From Phormidesmis sp. (GTDB lineage: Bacteria > Cyanobacteriota > Cyanobacteriia > Leptolyngbyales > Leptolyngbyaceae), in the NCBI GenBank assembly GCA_965248535.1, contig CBDFJR010000002.1:1-64000 (forward strand): 64,000 nucleotides of DNA, in the 5' to 3' direction. This document shows positions 24,154-33,710 of the stretch, one piece after another. Position 1 is the first letter of the stretch. Every line of letters begins with the position of its first letter. The notes below the pieces were generated by a model. It was not told where the DNA came from. It saw only the letters and a list, made by a program, of their open reading frames with translations, and searched no databases. Position numbers and translations under genes: made by a program.

Positions 24154-25080
24154 TTAATGAGTGCGGGCGGTGATAAAGTTAGCGATCGCCATCAGCGGCA
24201 CAGCCCGATCGCCATAGCCTGCCACCTCTGATTTAGCCTGCTCGATCAGTTGTTGAGCCTGGCGCTTTGACTCTTCAATACCCCAAAAGCTGGGATAGGT
24301 GGCTTTTTGGGCCCGCAGATCTTTGCCGACCGATTTGCCTAACTCTTCTTGGGTCGAGGTGATGTCTAACACGTCATCGACGATTTGAAAGGCTAGCCCG
24401 ATCGCCTGAGAATATCGAGTCAATCGCTGCACGTCGGCATCAGATGCGCCTGCAATAATGCCGCCACTGACCACCGAGGCTTCGAGCAAAGCGGCCGTTT
24501 TGTGAGCGTGAATGAAGTTGAGCGTTTCGATCTTGACATCACACGCGCCTTCACAGTGCAGATCAACCACCTGACCACCGACTAGCCCCGCCGCGCCGAC
24601 GGCTCGACCCAGCCGGGCAATCACCTTCATTAAGCGATCGGGCGGAACGTCTTTGGTTTCTTCAACAATGTGCTCAAAGGCGTAAGCCAACAGCCCGTCT
24701 CCGGCGAGAATGGCCACCGCTTCGTTAAAAACTTTGTGGTTAGTCAGCTTGCCCCGGCGATAGTCGTCATTATCCATCGCGGGCAGATCATCGTGAATCA
24801 GCGACATGGTGTGAATCATTTCGAGCGCGCAGGCCGTCGGCATGGCCATCTCGATCGTGCCGCCCATCAACTCACACGTTGCCAGACAGAGAATCGGACG
24901 CAACCGCTTGCCACCTGCCAGCAGCGAATAGCGCATCGCTTCATAAATCTGCTCAGGGTAAATCACCGGGAGGGAGCGATCGAGGGCAGCTTCTACCCGT
25001 TCTTGCTGAGTCGATAGATAAGCGCATAAATCGAATTGAGATGCCCTGCTCGAAAATTGTGTTTCATCGGTCACTACCAT
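24154..25080 (-). CDS. crtE: Geranylgeranyl diphosphate synthase
   Basis: [18 protein letters not shown] and FQIVDDVLD motifs. Confidence 0.95.
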   Translation of the reverse strand: MVVTDETQFSSRASQFDLCAYLSTQQERVEAALDRSLPVIYPEQIYEAMRYSLLAGGKRLRPILCLATCELMGGTIEMAMPTACALEMIHTMSLIHDDLPAMDNDDYRRGKLTNHKVFNEAVAILAGDGLLAYAFEHIVEETKDVPPDRLMKVIARLGRAVGAAGLVGGQVVDLHCEGACDVKIETLNFIHAHKTAALLEASVVSGGIIAGASDADVQRLTRYSQAIGLAFQIVDDVLDITSTQEELGKSVGKDLRAQKATYPSFWGIEESKRQAQQLIEQAKSEVAGYGDRAVPLMAIANFITARTH

Positions 25081-25146
25081 AGGTTCCCTCCTAACGTCCT
25101 CTCTAGGTTTGGGGTTTTAGAGATCAATCCAACTGATCCGGCTCCT

Positions 25147-26016
25147 TCACCCCACAAACTTTTGAGAGTAGCTCCATATAGTATTGTGCAACAGCATGGT
25201 CACAGTCATCGCGCCAACTCCACCCGGAACGGGCGTTAAATATCCAGCGATGGGCTGAACTGCCGCAAAATCAACATCTCCCACCAATCGACTTTTGCCT
25301 GTTGCGTCGGTGACGCGATTGATGCCGACATCGACGACGACCGCGCCCGGTTTGACCATTTTTGGTGTGATCAGCCCCTCGCGACCCACGGCAGCGATCA
25401 GGATGTCGGCACTGCGGGCGATCGCCCCCAAATCCTGCGATCGTGAGTGAGCGATCGTCACCGTCGCGTCGGCTTCGAGCAGCAGCAGAGCGATCGGTTT
25501 GCCAACCAAAATGCTTCGCCCGATCACCACCGCTTGTCTGCCCCTCAGATCTATTTGGTATTCGGCTAAGAGCCGCATCACTCCCGCAGGTGTGCAGCTT
25601 CGCAGTCCGGGTTCTCCGCGCACCAGCCGCCCTAGATTAATGGGGTGCAGCCCGTCAGCATCTTTATCGGGATCGATTTGATTGAGCAGTGCCACAGAAT
25701 CGAGATGATCGGGCAGAGGCAACTGGACTAGAATTCCGTCTACCCGATCGTCGTGATTGAGCGCTTGAATGGTCTGTTCTAACTCGGCTTGAGTCGCATC
25801 GGCTGGAAAATGTTTGCCATAGGAAGCAATCCCTACGGTGGCGCAAGCGCGTTCTTTATTTCGCACATAGGCCGCGCTAGCCGGATTGTCGCCCACCATG
25901 AGAACGGCTAGACCCGGCGGACGGTTGCGACTGGCTTGCAAAATTTGGACTTGGTGAGCTAGCTCTGCCTGCATTTTTTGAGCTAGGGCTTTGCCGTCGA
26001 GAAGTTGGGCTGTCAT
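25147..26016 (-). CDS. folD: Methylenetetrahydrofolate dehydrogenase/cyclohydrolase
   Basis: [25 protein letters not shown] and TPVPGGVG motifs. Confidence 0.97.
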   Translation of the reverse strand: MTAQLLDGKALAQKMQAELAHQVQILQASRNRPPGLAVLMVGDNPASAAYVRNKERACATVGIASYGKHFPADATQAELEQTIQALNHDDRVDGILVQLPLPDHLDSVALLNQIDPDKDADGLHPINLGRLVRGEPGLRSCTPAGVMRLLAEYQIDLRGRQAVVIGRSILVGKPIALLLLEADATVTIAHSRSQDLGAIARSADILIAAVGREGLITPKMVKPGAVVVDVGINRVTDATGKSRLVGDVDFAAVQPIAGYLTPVPGGVGAMTVTMLLHNTIWSYSQKFVG

Positions 26017-26271
26017 AAAGGTGAGAGATGCGTCATGAACAAAGGAGGTTGAGTTAAAAGACCAAATTCAAAATTCTCAAGACTCCTGGTATCTTTAGCT
26101 TCAGGGAGGGCGATCGTTGGGCAAAAACCGGGCGTGTGTGTTAACACTTCAGTAGAATTATCCGGGGTTTTGCAAGTTCAGTCTACCGTGTAATGCCTTT
26201 TGGGTCGCTGTTTAACGCGGCTAAATTAAACTCCGATCGTGACGCAGATTGTTAAAACACATAGGTGAGCC

Positions 26272-26715
26272 ATGCGATCGCACTTCTCAATTCTCATGGG
26301 CGGGTTTGGGCTGTCTCTTTTGACAGGCCTATTGGGCTGTGGTCGTCCGGCTCTTCAAGCTGAGGCGCAGTTTCATCCAGAGGCGATGCTCTCGACTCTA
26401 GACTTTAGCACCGCCAAAATCAGCGAGTTGCAAAAGCAAAAAACAAATTTTACGGTGCATTTGCAGGGCAAAATTGGTGCCCAAGCGCCTCTAGCGGGGC
26501 TGATTGCCTATGAGCTTCAAGACGCGACGGGCAAAATTTGGGTCGTGACCAAAAGCGCGCCTCCGGCAGCAGGAACGGAGGTCAAAGTGACTGGAAGAGT
26601 TCGCTATCAGAGTATTGTGTTGGATGGCAGGGATCGAGGGTCGGTTTATCTTGAGCAAGAAGGAGCCACCGAACCCGTTTCTGTCAGAAAAATGTCGCTT
26701 GTCGTAACGGGATGA
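26272..26715 (+). CDS. Putative lipoprotein with OB-fold-like domain
   Basis: Lipobox LLGC; YELQDATGKIWV and VKVTGRV resemble an OB fold. Confidence 0.6.
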   Translation: MRSHFSILMGGFGLSLLTGLLGCGRPALQAEAQFHPEAMLSTLDFSTAKISELQKQKTNFTVHLQGKIGAQAPLAGLIAYELQDATGKIWVVTKSAPPAAGTEVKVTGRVRYQSIVLDGRDRGSVYLEQEGATEPVSVRKMSLVVTG

Positions 26716-27170
26716 CTCGCATGAAGCATGATGAGACCGACGATCGGGTGCGGGTAGCGATCGCCATTCTCTACCAAGACGATCGATTTTTGATGCAGCT
26801 TAGAGACGATGATCCCCGCATTATCTATCCGGGGTGTTGGGGCTTTTTTGGGGGACACATTGATCCAGGCGAAAGCCCCGAAGTGGCTGTTCAACGAGAA
26901 CTGATCGAGGAAATTGGCTACCCGATGCCGAGCGTAACCCGATTTGATGATTACGCTGACGAAAAGGTGATTCGTCATGTCTTTCACGCGCCTTTGACGG
27001 TGAAAATATCTGATCTGGTCTTAATGGAAGGATGGGATCTGGGGTTGCTCTCAAAAGAGGATATTCTTCGAGGGGATTGTTTCTCAGAAAAAGCCGCTCA
27101 AGTTCGACCGTTGGGCACAACTCACCGCCAAATTTTGCTAGACTTCATCGGCAAAGCGTCTAGTGAATGA
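26712..27170 (+). CDS. NUDIX hydrolase
   Basis: GGHIDPGESPEVAVQRELIEEIG Nudix box. Confidence 0.92.
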   Translation: MTRMKHDETDDRVRVAIAILYQDDRFLMQLRDDDPRIIYPGCWGFFGGHIDPGESPEVAVQRELIEEIGYPMPSVTRFDDYADEKVIRHVFHAPLTVKISDLVLMEGWDLGLLSKEDILRGDCFSEKAAQVRPLGTTHRQILLDFIGKASSE

Positions 27171-27218
27171 TTGACAATAGTTCATAGGTTCTAGTCCCAA
27201 TCACGCACTTTTTGAACG

Positions 27219-29675
27219 ATGGATCTGGTGAGATTGCAAAAAGCTTTGTCTGTTGAGGCAGAGCATGGGTTTAATAACCTGGAGGGAAATCAATTCCACT
27301 TCGGCGAATTTTTGCATCTCAATTTCAGTCAATCAGATGCGGCACTGCCCGATCGCGATCGCCAACGCTGTCAAGAAATCGCCTCGCAGTTTGCCAACTA
27401 TTCAGATCTAACGTTTTCCCAGCGTCAGCATTTGGTGGCTGAGACGCGACGATTTCTCTATCAGGTCAAAAAGACCGAAGACACGGCCAAAAAAGCGATT
27501 GATTCCTCCGAGCAGCCCGCCGCTAAAAAAGTGGTTGCCCGCAAGAGTCCGATCGTGGAGTCTAACCAAACGATCTCGCTGGATCAATCCCTCACCTATC
27601 TCCCCGGAGTCGGGCCCAAAAGTGGTGAAAAACTGGCAAAACTAGGGCTGCTCACCGTGCGAGATCTGCTCTACTATTACCCGCGAGATCACCTTGACTA
27701 TGCCCGTCAGGTGACGATTAGAGAGCTAAAAGCAGGCGAAACCGTCACTCTCATTGGCACAGTGAAAAGCTGTAGTTGCTTTACCAGCCCCCGCAATAGT
27801 AAGTTAACGATCGTGGAACTCGTCATCCGCGACTCGACCGGACAGATGAAAATCAGCCGCTTTTTTGCCGGAACCCGCTACAGCAATCGCGGCTGGCAAG
27901 AACAGCAGAAGCGTCAATATCCCGTTGGGGCGGCGATCGCGGCATCCGGGTTGGTCAAAGAAACCAAGTTTGGCATGACCTTAGAAGATCCCGACCTAGA
28001 GATTTTAGGTCAGGCGGACGACGAGATCGACTCCTTGACCGTCGGGCGAATTGTGCCAATTTACCCGCTCACTGAGGGCGTTGGGGCAGACTTAGTGCGG
28101 CGGACGATGACCACGGCATTAGGGGCGGTCGATCGCCTTCAAGAAGCGCTACCAAAAGGCTTGCGAGATGAATATGGCTTGATTGGTCTGGCTGAGGCGA
28201 TCGCTCACATTCACTTTCCCCCTGACAGTGACGCGCTAGAGGCGGCTCGTCGTCGCCTTGTGTTTGACGAATTTTTCTATCTGCAACTGGGCTTGCTCAA
28301 CCGTCGCAAAAATCAGCAGCAAATCCAAGCCAGTGCCGTGGTTGCCTCAACGGGCAAACTGATCGACGATTTCTATAAACAGTTGCCGTTTGAACTCACC
28401 AACGCTCAAAATCGAGTCGTCAACGACATTTTGAATGATCTACAAAAGCCTGTCCCCATGAATCGCTTAGTGCAGGGCGATGTGGGGTCAGGCAAAACCG
28501 TCGTCGCTGTGATTGCCCTTTTAGCCGCGATTCAGTCGGGCTATCAAGGTGCGTTAATGGCTCCGACCGAGGTCTTGTCAGAACAGCACTACCGGAAATT
28601 AGTCGGCTGGTTTAACCTGCTGCATCTGCCCGTCGAGTTGCTGACAGGCTCGACTAAAGCCGCCAAACGCCGCGAGATTCACGCCCAGCTTGAAACCGGA
28701 CAATTGCCCCTGCTCGTGGGCACCCATGCTCTGATCCAAGACACGGTGAATTTTCATCGTCTGGGTTTAGTCGTGATTGATGAACAGCATCGCTTTGGCG
28801 TGCAGCAACGGGCAAAACTTCAGCAAAAAGGCGAGCATCCCCATGTGTTGACGATGACGGCCACGCCGATTCCCCGGACGCTGGCTCTGACGCTGCACGG
28901 CGATTTAGATGTGAGCCAAATCGATGAGTTGCCGCCGGGTCGAAAGGCGATTCAAACCACGGTGTTGGCTGGGCGAGAACGACTCAAAGCCTATGAGCTA
29001 ATGCGGCGCGAAGTTGCTCAAGGTCGTCAGATCTATGTGGTGTTGCCCTTGGTCGAAGAGTCAGAAAAATTGGATTTGAAATCAGCGATCGACGAACATC
29101 AACAACTGCAAGAAAAAGTCTTTCCCGAATTCAAAGTTGGCTTGCTGCATGGGCGCATGACCTCGGCTGAAAAGGATGAGTCAATTACAAAATTTCGAGA
29201 CAATCTGACTCAAATTCTCGTCTCTACAACAGTGGTTGAGGTTGGGGTCGATGTGCCCAATGCGTCGGTGATGCTGATCGAACACGCCGATCGCTTTGGT
29301 TTATCACAACTACACCAGCTTCGGGGTCGAGTCGGTCGAGGGGCAGCTCAGTCATTTTGTCTGCTGATGAGCAGTTCTAAAACCGAAACCGCCCGCCAAC
29401 GTCTCAAAGTATTGGAGCAATCGCAAGATGGATTTTTTATCTCAGAGATGGATATGCGCTTTCGCGGGCCCGGTGCAGTTTTGGGGACTCGACAATCAGG
29501 TTTACCAGATTTTGCGCTAGCCAGTTTGGTAGACGATCAAGACGTGTTAGAACTGGCGAGAAGTGCAGCAGAACGCACGATCGAGAAAGATCCCACGCTG
29601 GAAAAATGGGCCGTCATGAAAGCGGAACTTGACTATCGCTATCAGCGCTTAATGGGCGGCGCAATTTTGACTTAG
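27219..29675 (+). CDS. recG: ATP-dependent DNA helicase RecG
   Basis: QGDVGSGKT, DEQHRFG, TATPIPRT, QLHQLRGRVGRG and GTRQSG motifs. Confidence 0.98.
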   Translation: MDLVRLQKALSVEAEHGFNNLEGNQFHFGEFLHLNFSQSDAALPDRDRQRCQEIASQFANYSDLTFSQRQHLVAETRRFLYQVKKTEDTAKKAIDSSEQPAAKKVVARKSPIVESNQTISLDQSLTYLPGVGPKSGEKLAKLGLLTVRDLLYYYPRDHLDYARQVTIRELKAGETVTLIGTVKSCSCFTSPRNSKLTIVELVIRDSTGQMKISRFFAGTRYSNRGWQEQQKRQYPVGAAIAASGLVKETKFGMTLEDPDLEILGQADDEIDSLTVGRIVPIYPLTEGVGADLVRRTMTTALGAVDRLQEALPKGLRDEYGLIGLAEAIAHIHFPPDSDALEAARRRLVFDEFFYLQLGLLNRRKNQQQIQASAVVASTGKLIDDFYKQLPFELTNAQNRVVNDILNDLQKPVPMNRLVQGDVGSGKTVVAVIALLAAIQSGYQGALMAPTEVLSEQHYRKLVGWFNLLHLPVELLTGSTKAAKRREIHAQLETGQLPLLVGTHALIQDTVNFHRLGLVVIDEQHRFGVQQRAKLQQKGEHPHVLTMTATPIPRTLALTLHGDLDVSQIDELPPGRKAIQTTVLAGRERLKAYELMRREVAQGRQIYVVLPLVEESEKLDLKSAIDEHQQLQEKVFPEFKVGLLHGRMTSAEKDESITKFRDNLTQILVSTTVVEVGVDVPNASVMLIEHADRFGLSQLHQLRGRVGRGAAQSFCLLMSSSKTETARQRLKVLEQSQDGFFISEMDMRFRGPGAVLGTRQSGLPDFALASLVDDQDVLELARSAAERTIEKDPTLEKWAVMKAELDYRYQRLMGGAILT

Positions 29676-30886
29676 ATTTTCTTAAACGGCTTAAAGAACG
29701 ATCGGGCTTTTCTCAACAAATAAGACCAAAAGCCTTTAGAAACCTTCTCAAATTTGTAATAGAACAAAACATCAACGATGTCTTCTAGTTTCATCGGCTC
29801 TAGATAAGAGACGACTTTATCAACTAGAGAATCGGCATCTTCTAGGTACTTTTTCATCCCCAACTTTTCTGAGACTTTCCACTTTGCCAAAAAGGTTTTG
29901 TGCATCTCTTTCTGATAGTCATCGAAGTCATTTCTTTGACCGTCTAAATATTCTTCAATATATCGGCCAGCGATTTCAGAACTCAGCATGGCGTGTCGAA
30001 TGCCCTCGCCCCCCAAGAAGTTGATGGTCGAAACGGTGTCCCCGATCGCGATTACATTATCCCGACTATAAATATCATTTAAACCCATGCTGTATTTAAC
30101 AGTCGCGCCGTGAATATCAACGACTTTGTAGAACTCTGGCTTAATATAGTCGCTAATAATCAGGTCGATATAGTGTTTAAGCGGCTCCGTGTCTTTGACA
30201 ACTCGATGTTCACCATTAACAATTCCCGCACCCACTTTTAATTGGTTTCCCTCCATCGGAAAGATCCAAGAATAGCCTTTAGGAATCCATTTGTGACCTA
30301 AGAAAAAGGTCAACGCCTCAGCATTCTTTAGATAGGATTGCTCATCAACTTCGATTAAATATTCGACTCCTGTTCCTGTTGTGAATTTGGGCTGAGGATC
30401 GCTTTTTTGAAGGATCAGCGATCGGTTGGGCCCTGTTGCATCCACCAAAACCTTTGTAGCCACTACAATTTCTTCACTAATCAGATTATTTTTAATCGTT
30501 ACGAATGTCTCAGCATCCTTAGTTTTATGACTGACATATCGACATCCCATCCAAACTTCGCCACCGTGGGTAGTCACTTCTTTGGCTAAAAATTCTCGCA
30601 GCTTTGTGAAATCTAAAACACTTCCTAGAGGTTTCTCAGATTTCCAAACTCCCTGTTTGTTAGATGTGACGATCACTAATCGATTCCAAAAGCTACCTGC
30701 CACTGTCTCAGGTAGGTCAAACTTTTCTAAGGTTTCTAAAGGAGTCCCAGCACTCGAAAAACTATTTTTAGTAAAGTCTTTAAAGCGCTCAATTAATAAA
30801 ACGCTGCGCCCCGATTTTGCCAAAATTCGAGCACAGTGACCTCCCGCCGGGCCACCACCCACAATTACCACGTCAAATTTTTTCAT
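29672..30886 (-). CDS. FAD-dependent oxidoreductase, geranylgeranyl reductase family
   Basis: GGGPAG, DATG, GYSWIFP and IGD...GGEGIRHA motifs. Confidence 0.85.
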   Translation of the reverse strand: MKKFDVVIVGGGPAGGHCARILAKSGRSVLLIERFKDFTKNSFSSAGTPLETLEKFDLPETVAGSFWNRLVIVTSNKQGVWKSEKPLGSVLDFTKLREFLAKEVTTHGGEVWMGCRYVSHKTKDAETFVTIKNNLISEEIVVATKVLVDATGPNRSLILQKSDPQPKFTTGTGVEYLIEVDEQSYLKNAEALTFFLGHKWIPKGYSWIFPMEGNQLKVGAGIVNGEHRVVKDTEPLKHYIDLIISDYIKPEFYKVVDIHGATVKYSMGLNDIYSRDNVIAIGDTVSTINFLGGEGIRHAMLSSEIAGRYIEEYLDGQRNDFDDYQKEMHKTFLAKWKVSEKLGMKKYLEDADSLVDKVVSYLEPMKLEDIVDVLFYYKFEKVSKGFWSYLLRKARSFFKPFKKI

Positions 30887-30899
30887 TCAGATTCTTGAG

Positions 30900-31114
30900 T
30901 CAATTGGAGTTCTGCGATCGCTTCTCAATCTCTACTCGAACTACTTCTTCTTGCTGCTTCCATTCTTCTAAGGTTTTAGGTGGAGAAAACCAAACCGCTT
31001 CAGCATCGGGACTGCGACGGGCAAAAAAGCTTCTAGTGCACCGATATCTTCTCTGTGTTTGAGGCAGTAAGCTCTCAGTTCCACATTGCTCATCGCGTCG
31101 TAAGTTGGCTTCAT
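30900..31114 (-). CDS. Small DUF6887-like protein (apparent 1-nt deletion in A-run 31023-31028)
   Basis: ATG 31114 gives MKPTYDAMSNVELRAYCLKHREDIGALEAF. One added T continues as FARRSPDAEAVWF...QNSN (71 aa). GAGGAG lies upstream. Family name from memory. Confidence 0.6.
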
Positions 31115-31278
31115 AGTTGGTACGATCGCTCCTCAATTCTGCCACAGTTATTTTTGCATCTTCTGTCTACTTTGAGCCTTAGAGTAGTTGACTCAAAAGC
31201 CTATTTCAAAAGTGAGCGGAATTTGGAAGGTGAACACTAAGGTAAACTTTTATTACAGAGTTTTCTCAGGTTTGCCCT

Positions 31279-31830
31279 ATGCTTCGCCAAATCATTCTTA
31301 AGGCTTTATTGGTCTGCTGTTTGACCTTGCTCACTACCTTCAATATTGCGCCCGATGCGCTGGCCCTCGGCGGCAAGCTGCCTATTGTCGATGCCCCCGC
31401 TCCAGAATTTGCGCTGCCAACCAACACGGGCGATGGCAATGTCTCGCTGGCAGACTATCGCGGCAAGTGGCTGGTTGTTTATTTCTATCCCAAAGATTTC
31501 ACATCGGGTTGCACGATCGAGGCTCGCAAGTTTCAGCAAGATATGCCGCAATATCTCGATCGCAACACTCAAATCGTGGGCATCAGCGCCGATGATGTCG
31601 AATCTCACGCAGAATTTTGCGACTCCGAAGGGCTAAAGTTTCCGCTTCTCGCTGACACAACGGGCGCAATCAGCAAAGCCTACGGCTCATGGATGGGCAT
31701 CGTTTCCTCTCGACACAGCTTCATCATTGACCCTCAAGGCACCCTCAAAGCCACGTTCACCGGGGTGAACCCGATCGTGCACAGTCGCGAAGTGCTCATC
31801 AAACTTGATGAACTTCAGAAATTAGGATGA
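31279..31830 (+). CDS. Peroxiredoxin Q/BCP family with N-terminal signal
   Basis: YFYPKDFTSGCTIEA peroxidatic motif. Confidence 0.93.
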   Translation: MLRQIILKALLVCCLTLLTTFNIAPDALALGGKLPIVDAPAPEFALPTNTGDGNVSLADYRGKWLVVYFYPKDFTSGCTIEARKFQQDMPQYLDRNTQIVGISADDVESHAEFCDSEGLKFPLLADTTGAISKAYGSWMGIVSSRHSFIIDPQGTLKATFTGVNPIVHSREVLIKLDELQKLG

Positions 31831-31883
31831 ATTGCCTCTAAAATCCCTAGCGCCTTTAGAATTGAAGTTAAGTCAATCGATCG

Positions 31884-32354
31884 GTGACTATGAATTTTGA
31901 GCCTAAGATGTCGTCTCAGCCTTCAGATAGAGTTGAATTTGCTGAACCCCCGGCGCGCAAACCCCTAGAACTTTTGCGAGACACTGAGCGATCGCTGCGC
32001 GTCAAAACCGTGAGCGCGATCGCTCCCCTGCTGCCGTCAGAGATAGCGATGAATCTGGGAGAAGCTTCTCAGATTGCAGACGAATCGCTTGATCAGTTGG
32101 CAGAAATTGATATTGACGACATCACTGATGAAGATCTCAGACCCGCCCGAATTTTGATGGGGCTGACCTTCACTGGGTTTGGCGGGCTGATGATGATGTT
32201 TTTGCTGTTTTATCTCTGCACCTTGCATCCTGAACTGTCCCCGACCGCTCAAATCCAAAATTATTGGTATCAATACATCTGGTTTGTCAGTTTGGGGGTG
32301 GCAGGGTTGGCGGTGCTAGCACGAGAAGCGATGCGCCCATCCGACGACGATTAG
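31884..32354 (+). CDS. Hypothetical membrane protein
   Basis: Acidic N-terminus and two C-terminal TM helices; fills the space before the convergent MoxR gene. Confidence 0.65.
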   Translation: MTMNFEPKMSSQPSDRVEFAEPPARKPLELLRDTERSLRVKTVSAIAPLLPSEIAMNLGEASQIADESLDQLAEIDIDDITDEDLRPARILMGLTFTGFGGLMMMFLLFYLCTLHPELSPTAQIQNYWYQYIWFVSLGVAGLAVLAREAMRPSDDD

Positions 32355-33259
32355 GGAATCGCCACCGATCGTAAGAGGCGATCGACAATGCCTCTAGCTC
32401 TCCGTCCCCCAGCCGGAATCAATCGATGAGCCAACACACAGGGCGCAAGCTCTTTGACATCATCCGGTAGAGCGTAGTCTCTGCCATCTAAAAACGCTAA
32501 GGCTTGTGCGCCTTTTTGTAAGGCCACAGTGCCTCTAGGACTGACTCCTAGCGTCACTTCTTCGTCTTCTCGCGTCGCCCGCACCAAGTTTAGAATGTAT
32601 TGCTGGATTGAAGGCTCAACTTTGACCAGACTAGAGAGACGTTGAAGCTCTTGCACCTCTGCCAAAGATATACAGGGCTTGAGTTCTTGCACCGTGTGAC
32701 CGTTTTGAAGGCGCTGCAACATCTGCAACTCTTCGCGCTCAGTCGGATAGCCGAGCGACAGAGACAGGGCAAACCGATCCATCTGAGCCTCTGGCAGCGG
32801 AAAAGTGCCCTGATATTCGATCGGGTTTTGAGTCGCGATCACAAAAAACGGACTGGGCACCAATCGAGATACGCCATCCACCGTCACCTGTTTTTCTTCC
32901 ATCACTTCGAGCAGCGCAGACTGGGTGCGAGGCGTAGCGCGATTGATCTCATCCATCAACAACACGTTGGCAAAGACGGGGCCCGCCATAAACTCAAACT
33001 CGCCCGATCGGGGGTTCCAAATATTGGTGCCCGTGACATCGGTGGGCAGCAGATCAGGTGTGCACTGCACGCGCTGAAATCGACCGTCGATCGATTTGGC
33101 TAAAGACTTTGCCAGCAGTGTTTTTCCGACTCCAGGAACGTCTTCTAAAAGGGCGTGACCTCCTGACAGCAGAGCAACTAAGACGAGGCGAATGGCTTCA
33201 GATTTGCCCACGATCGTTTGGCTGAGATTCTGCGTTAGTTGCTCAATGCGATCTCTCAT
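32351..33259 (-). CDS. MoxR-family AAA+ ATPase
   Basis: EDVPGVGKT, DEINRATPRTQSALLE and ATQNPIEYQGTFPLPEAQMDRF motifs; ATG 33259. Confidence 0.95.
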   Translation of the reverse strand: MRDRIEQLTQNLSQTIVGKSEAIRLVLVALLSGGHALLEDVPGVGKTLLAKSLAKSIDGRFQRVQCTPDLLPTDVTGTNIWNPRSGEFEFMAGPVFANVLLMDEINRATPRTQSALLEVMEEKQVTVDGVSRLVPSPFFVIATQNPIEYQGTFPLPEAQMDRFALSLSLGYPTEREELQMLQRLQNGHTVQELKPCISLAEVQELQRLSSLVKVEPSIQQYILNLVRATREDEEVTLGVSPRGTVALQKGAQALAFLDGRDYALPDDVKELAPCVLAHRLIPAGGRRARGIVDRLLRSVAIP

Positions 33260-33378
33260 GTCTAAGGTTTGCCCCTGAACGCTTTTGCCCATCATACTCA
33301 CGATGTCTGAAGTTAGAGCAACTTTGGAGAACGATCGCCAGAGCTTTCCACAAAACTTTGGATCGTGAATTAAATCAC

Positions 33379-33408
33379 TTCGACCATTGTAGTTTCGACC
33401 ATTGTAGT
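33379..33408. repeat. Perfect 15-bp tandem duplication
   Basis: TTCGACCATTGTAGT x2. Confidence 0.9.
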
Positions 33409-33512
33409 AAGGTTGTCTCGCCCTATTTTCTAAAGGCGAAGATCTCGGCATTAATCAATCCACATTCGTTTACCCAGTCGTTTAACAAGCTGTGAGTCTC
33501 ACAAAAAATGTA

Positions 33513-33541
33513 TTGACAGGTAAATATGTTTTATCTACACT
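33513..33541 (+). promoter_or_regulatory. Near-consensus sigma70 promoter
   Basis: TTGACA-17 nt-TACACT with an A-tract upstream. Confidence 0.75.
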
Positions 33542-33543
33542 AA

Positions 33544-33651
33544 GCCATTGTGTCTGTCGTGCTTCACAGCATTACGGCGGTTAATGAGTGCTGATATTGG
33601 TCAAGGATTACGCGCTGATCGAGAGCGAGTTGAGAGCGAGACAGTGATGGC
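33544..33651 (+). ncRNA. Candidate structured RNA (sRNA or leader)
   Basis: Closing stem GCCATTG.TGTCT/AGACAGTGATGGC encloses hairpins CAGCATT/AGTGCTG and TTGGTCA/TGATCGA; it begins just after the promoter. Folded by eye only. Confidence 0.45.
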
Positions 33652-33710
33652 ATTCATTACGAGTTGAAAGTGTCGGTGTGTCAGCGATGAAGTGACTAAT
33701 GAAGCGTTGA

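Noticed and set aside
33510..33539. NtcA box upstream of the MSMEG_0565-family gene
   Set aside because: The best match, GTA-N8-TAA, overlaps the -35 and lacks the 22-nt spacing to a -10.
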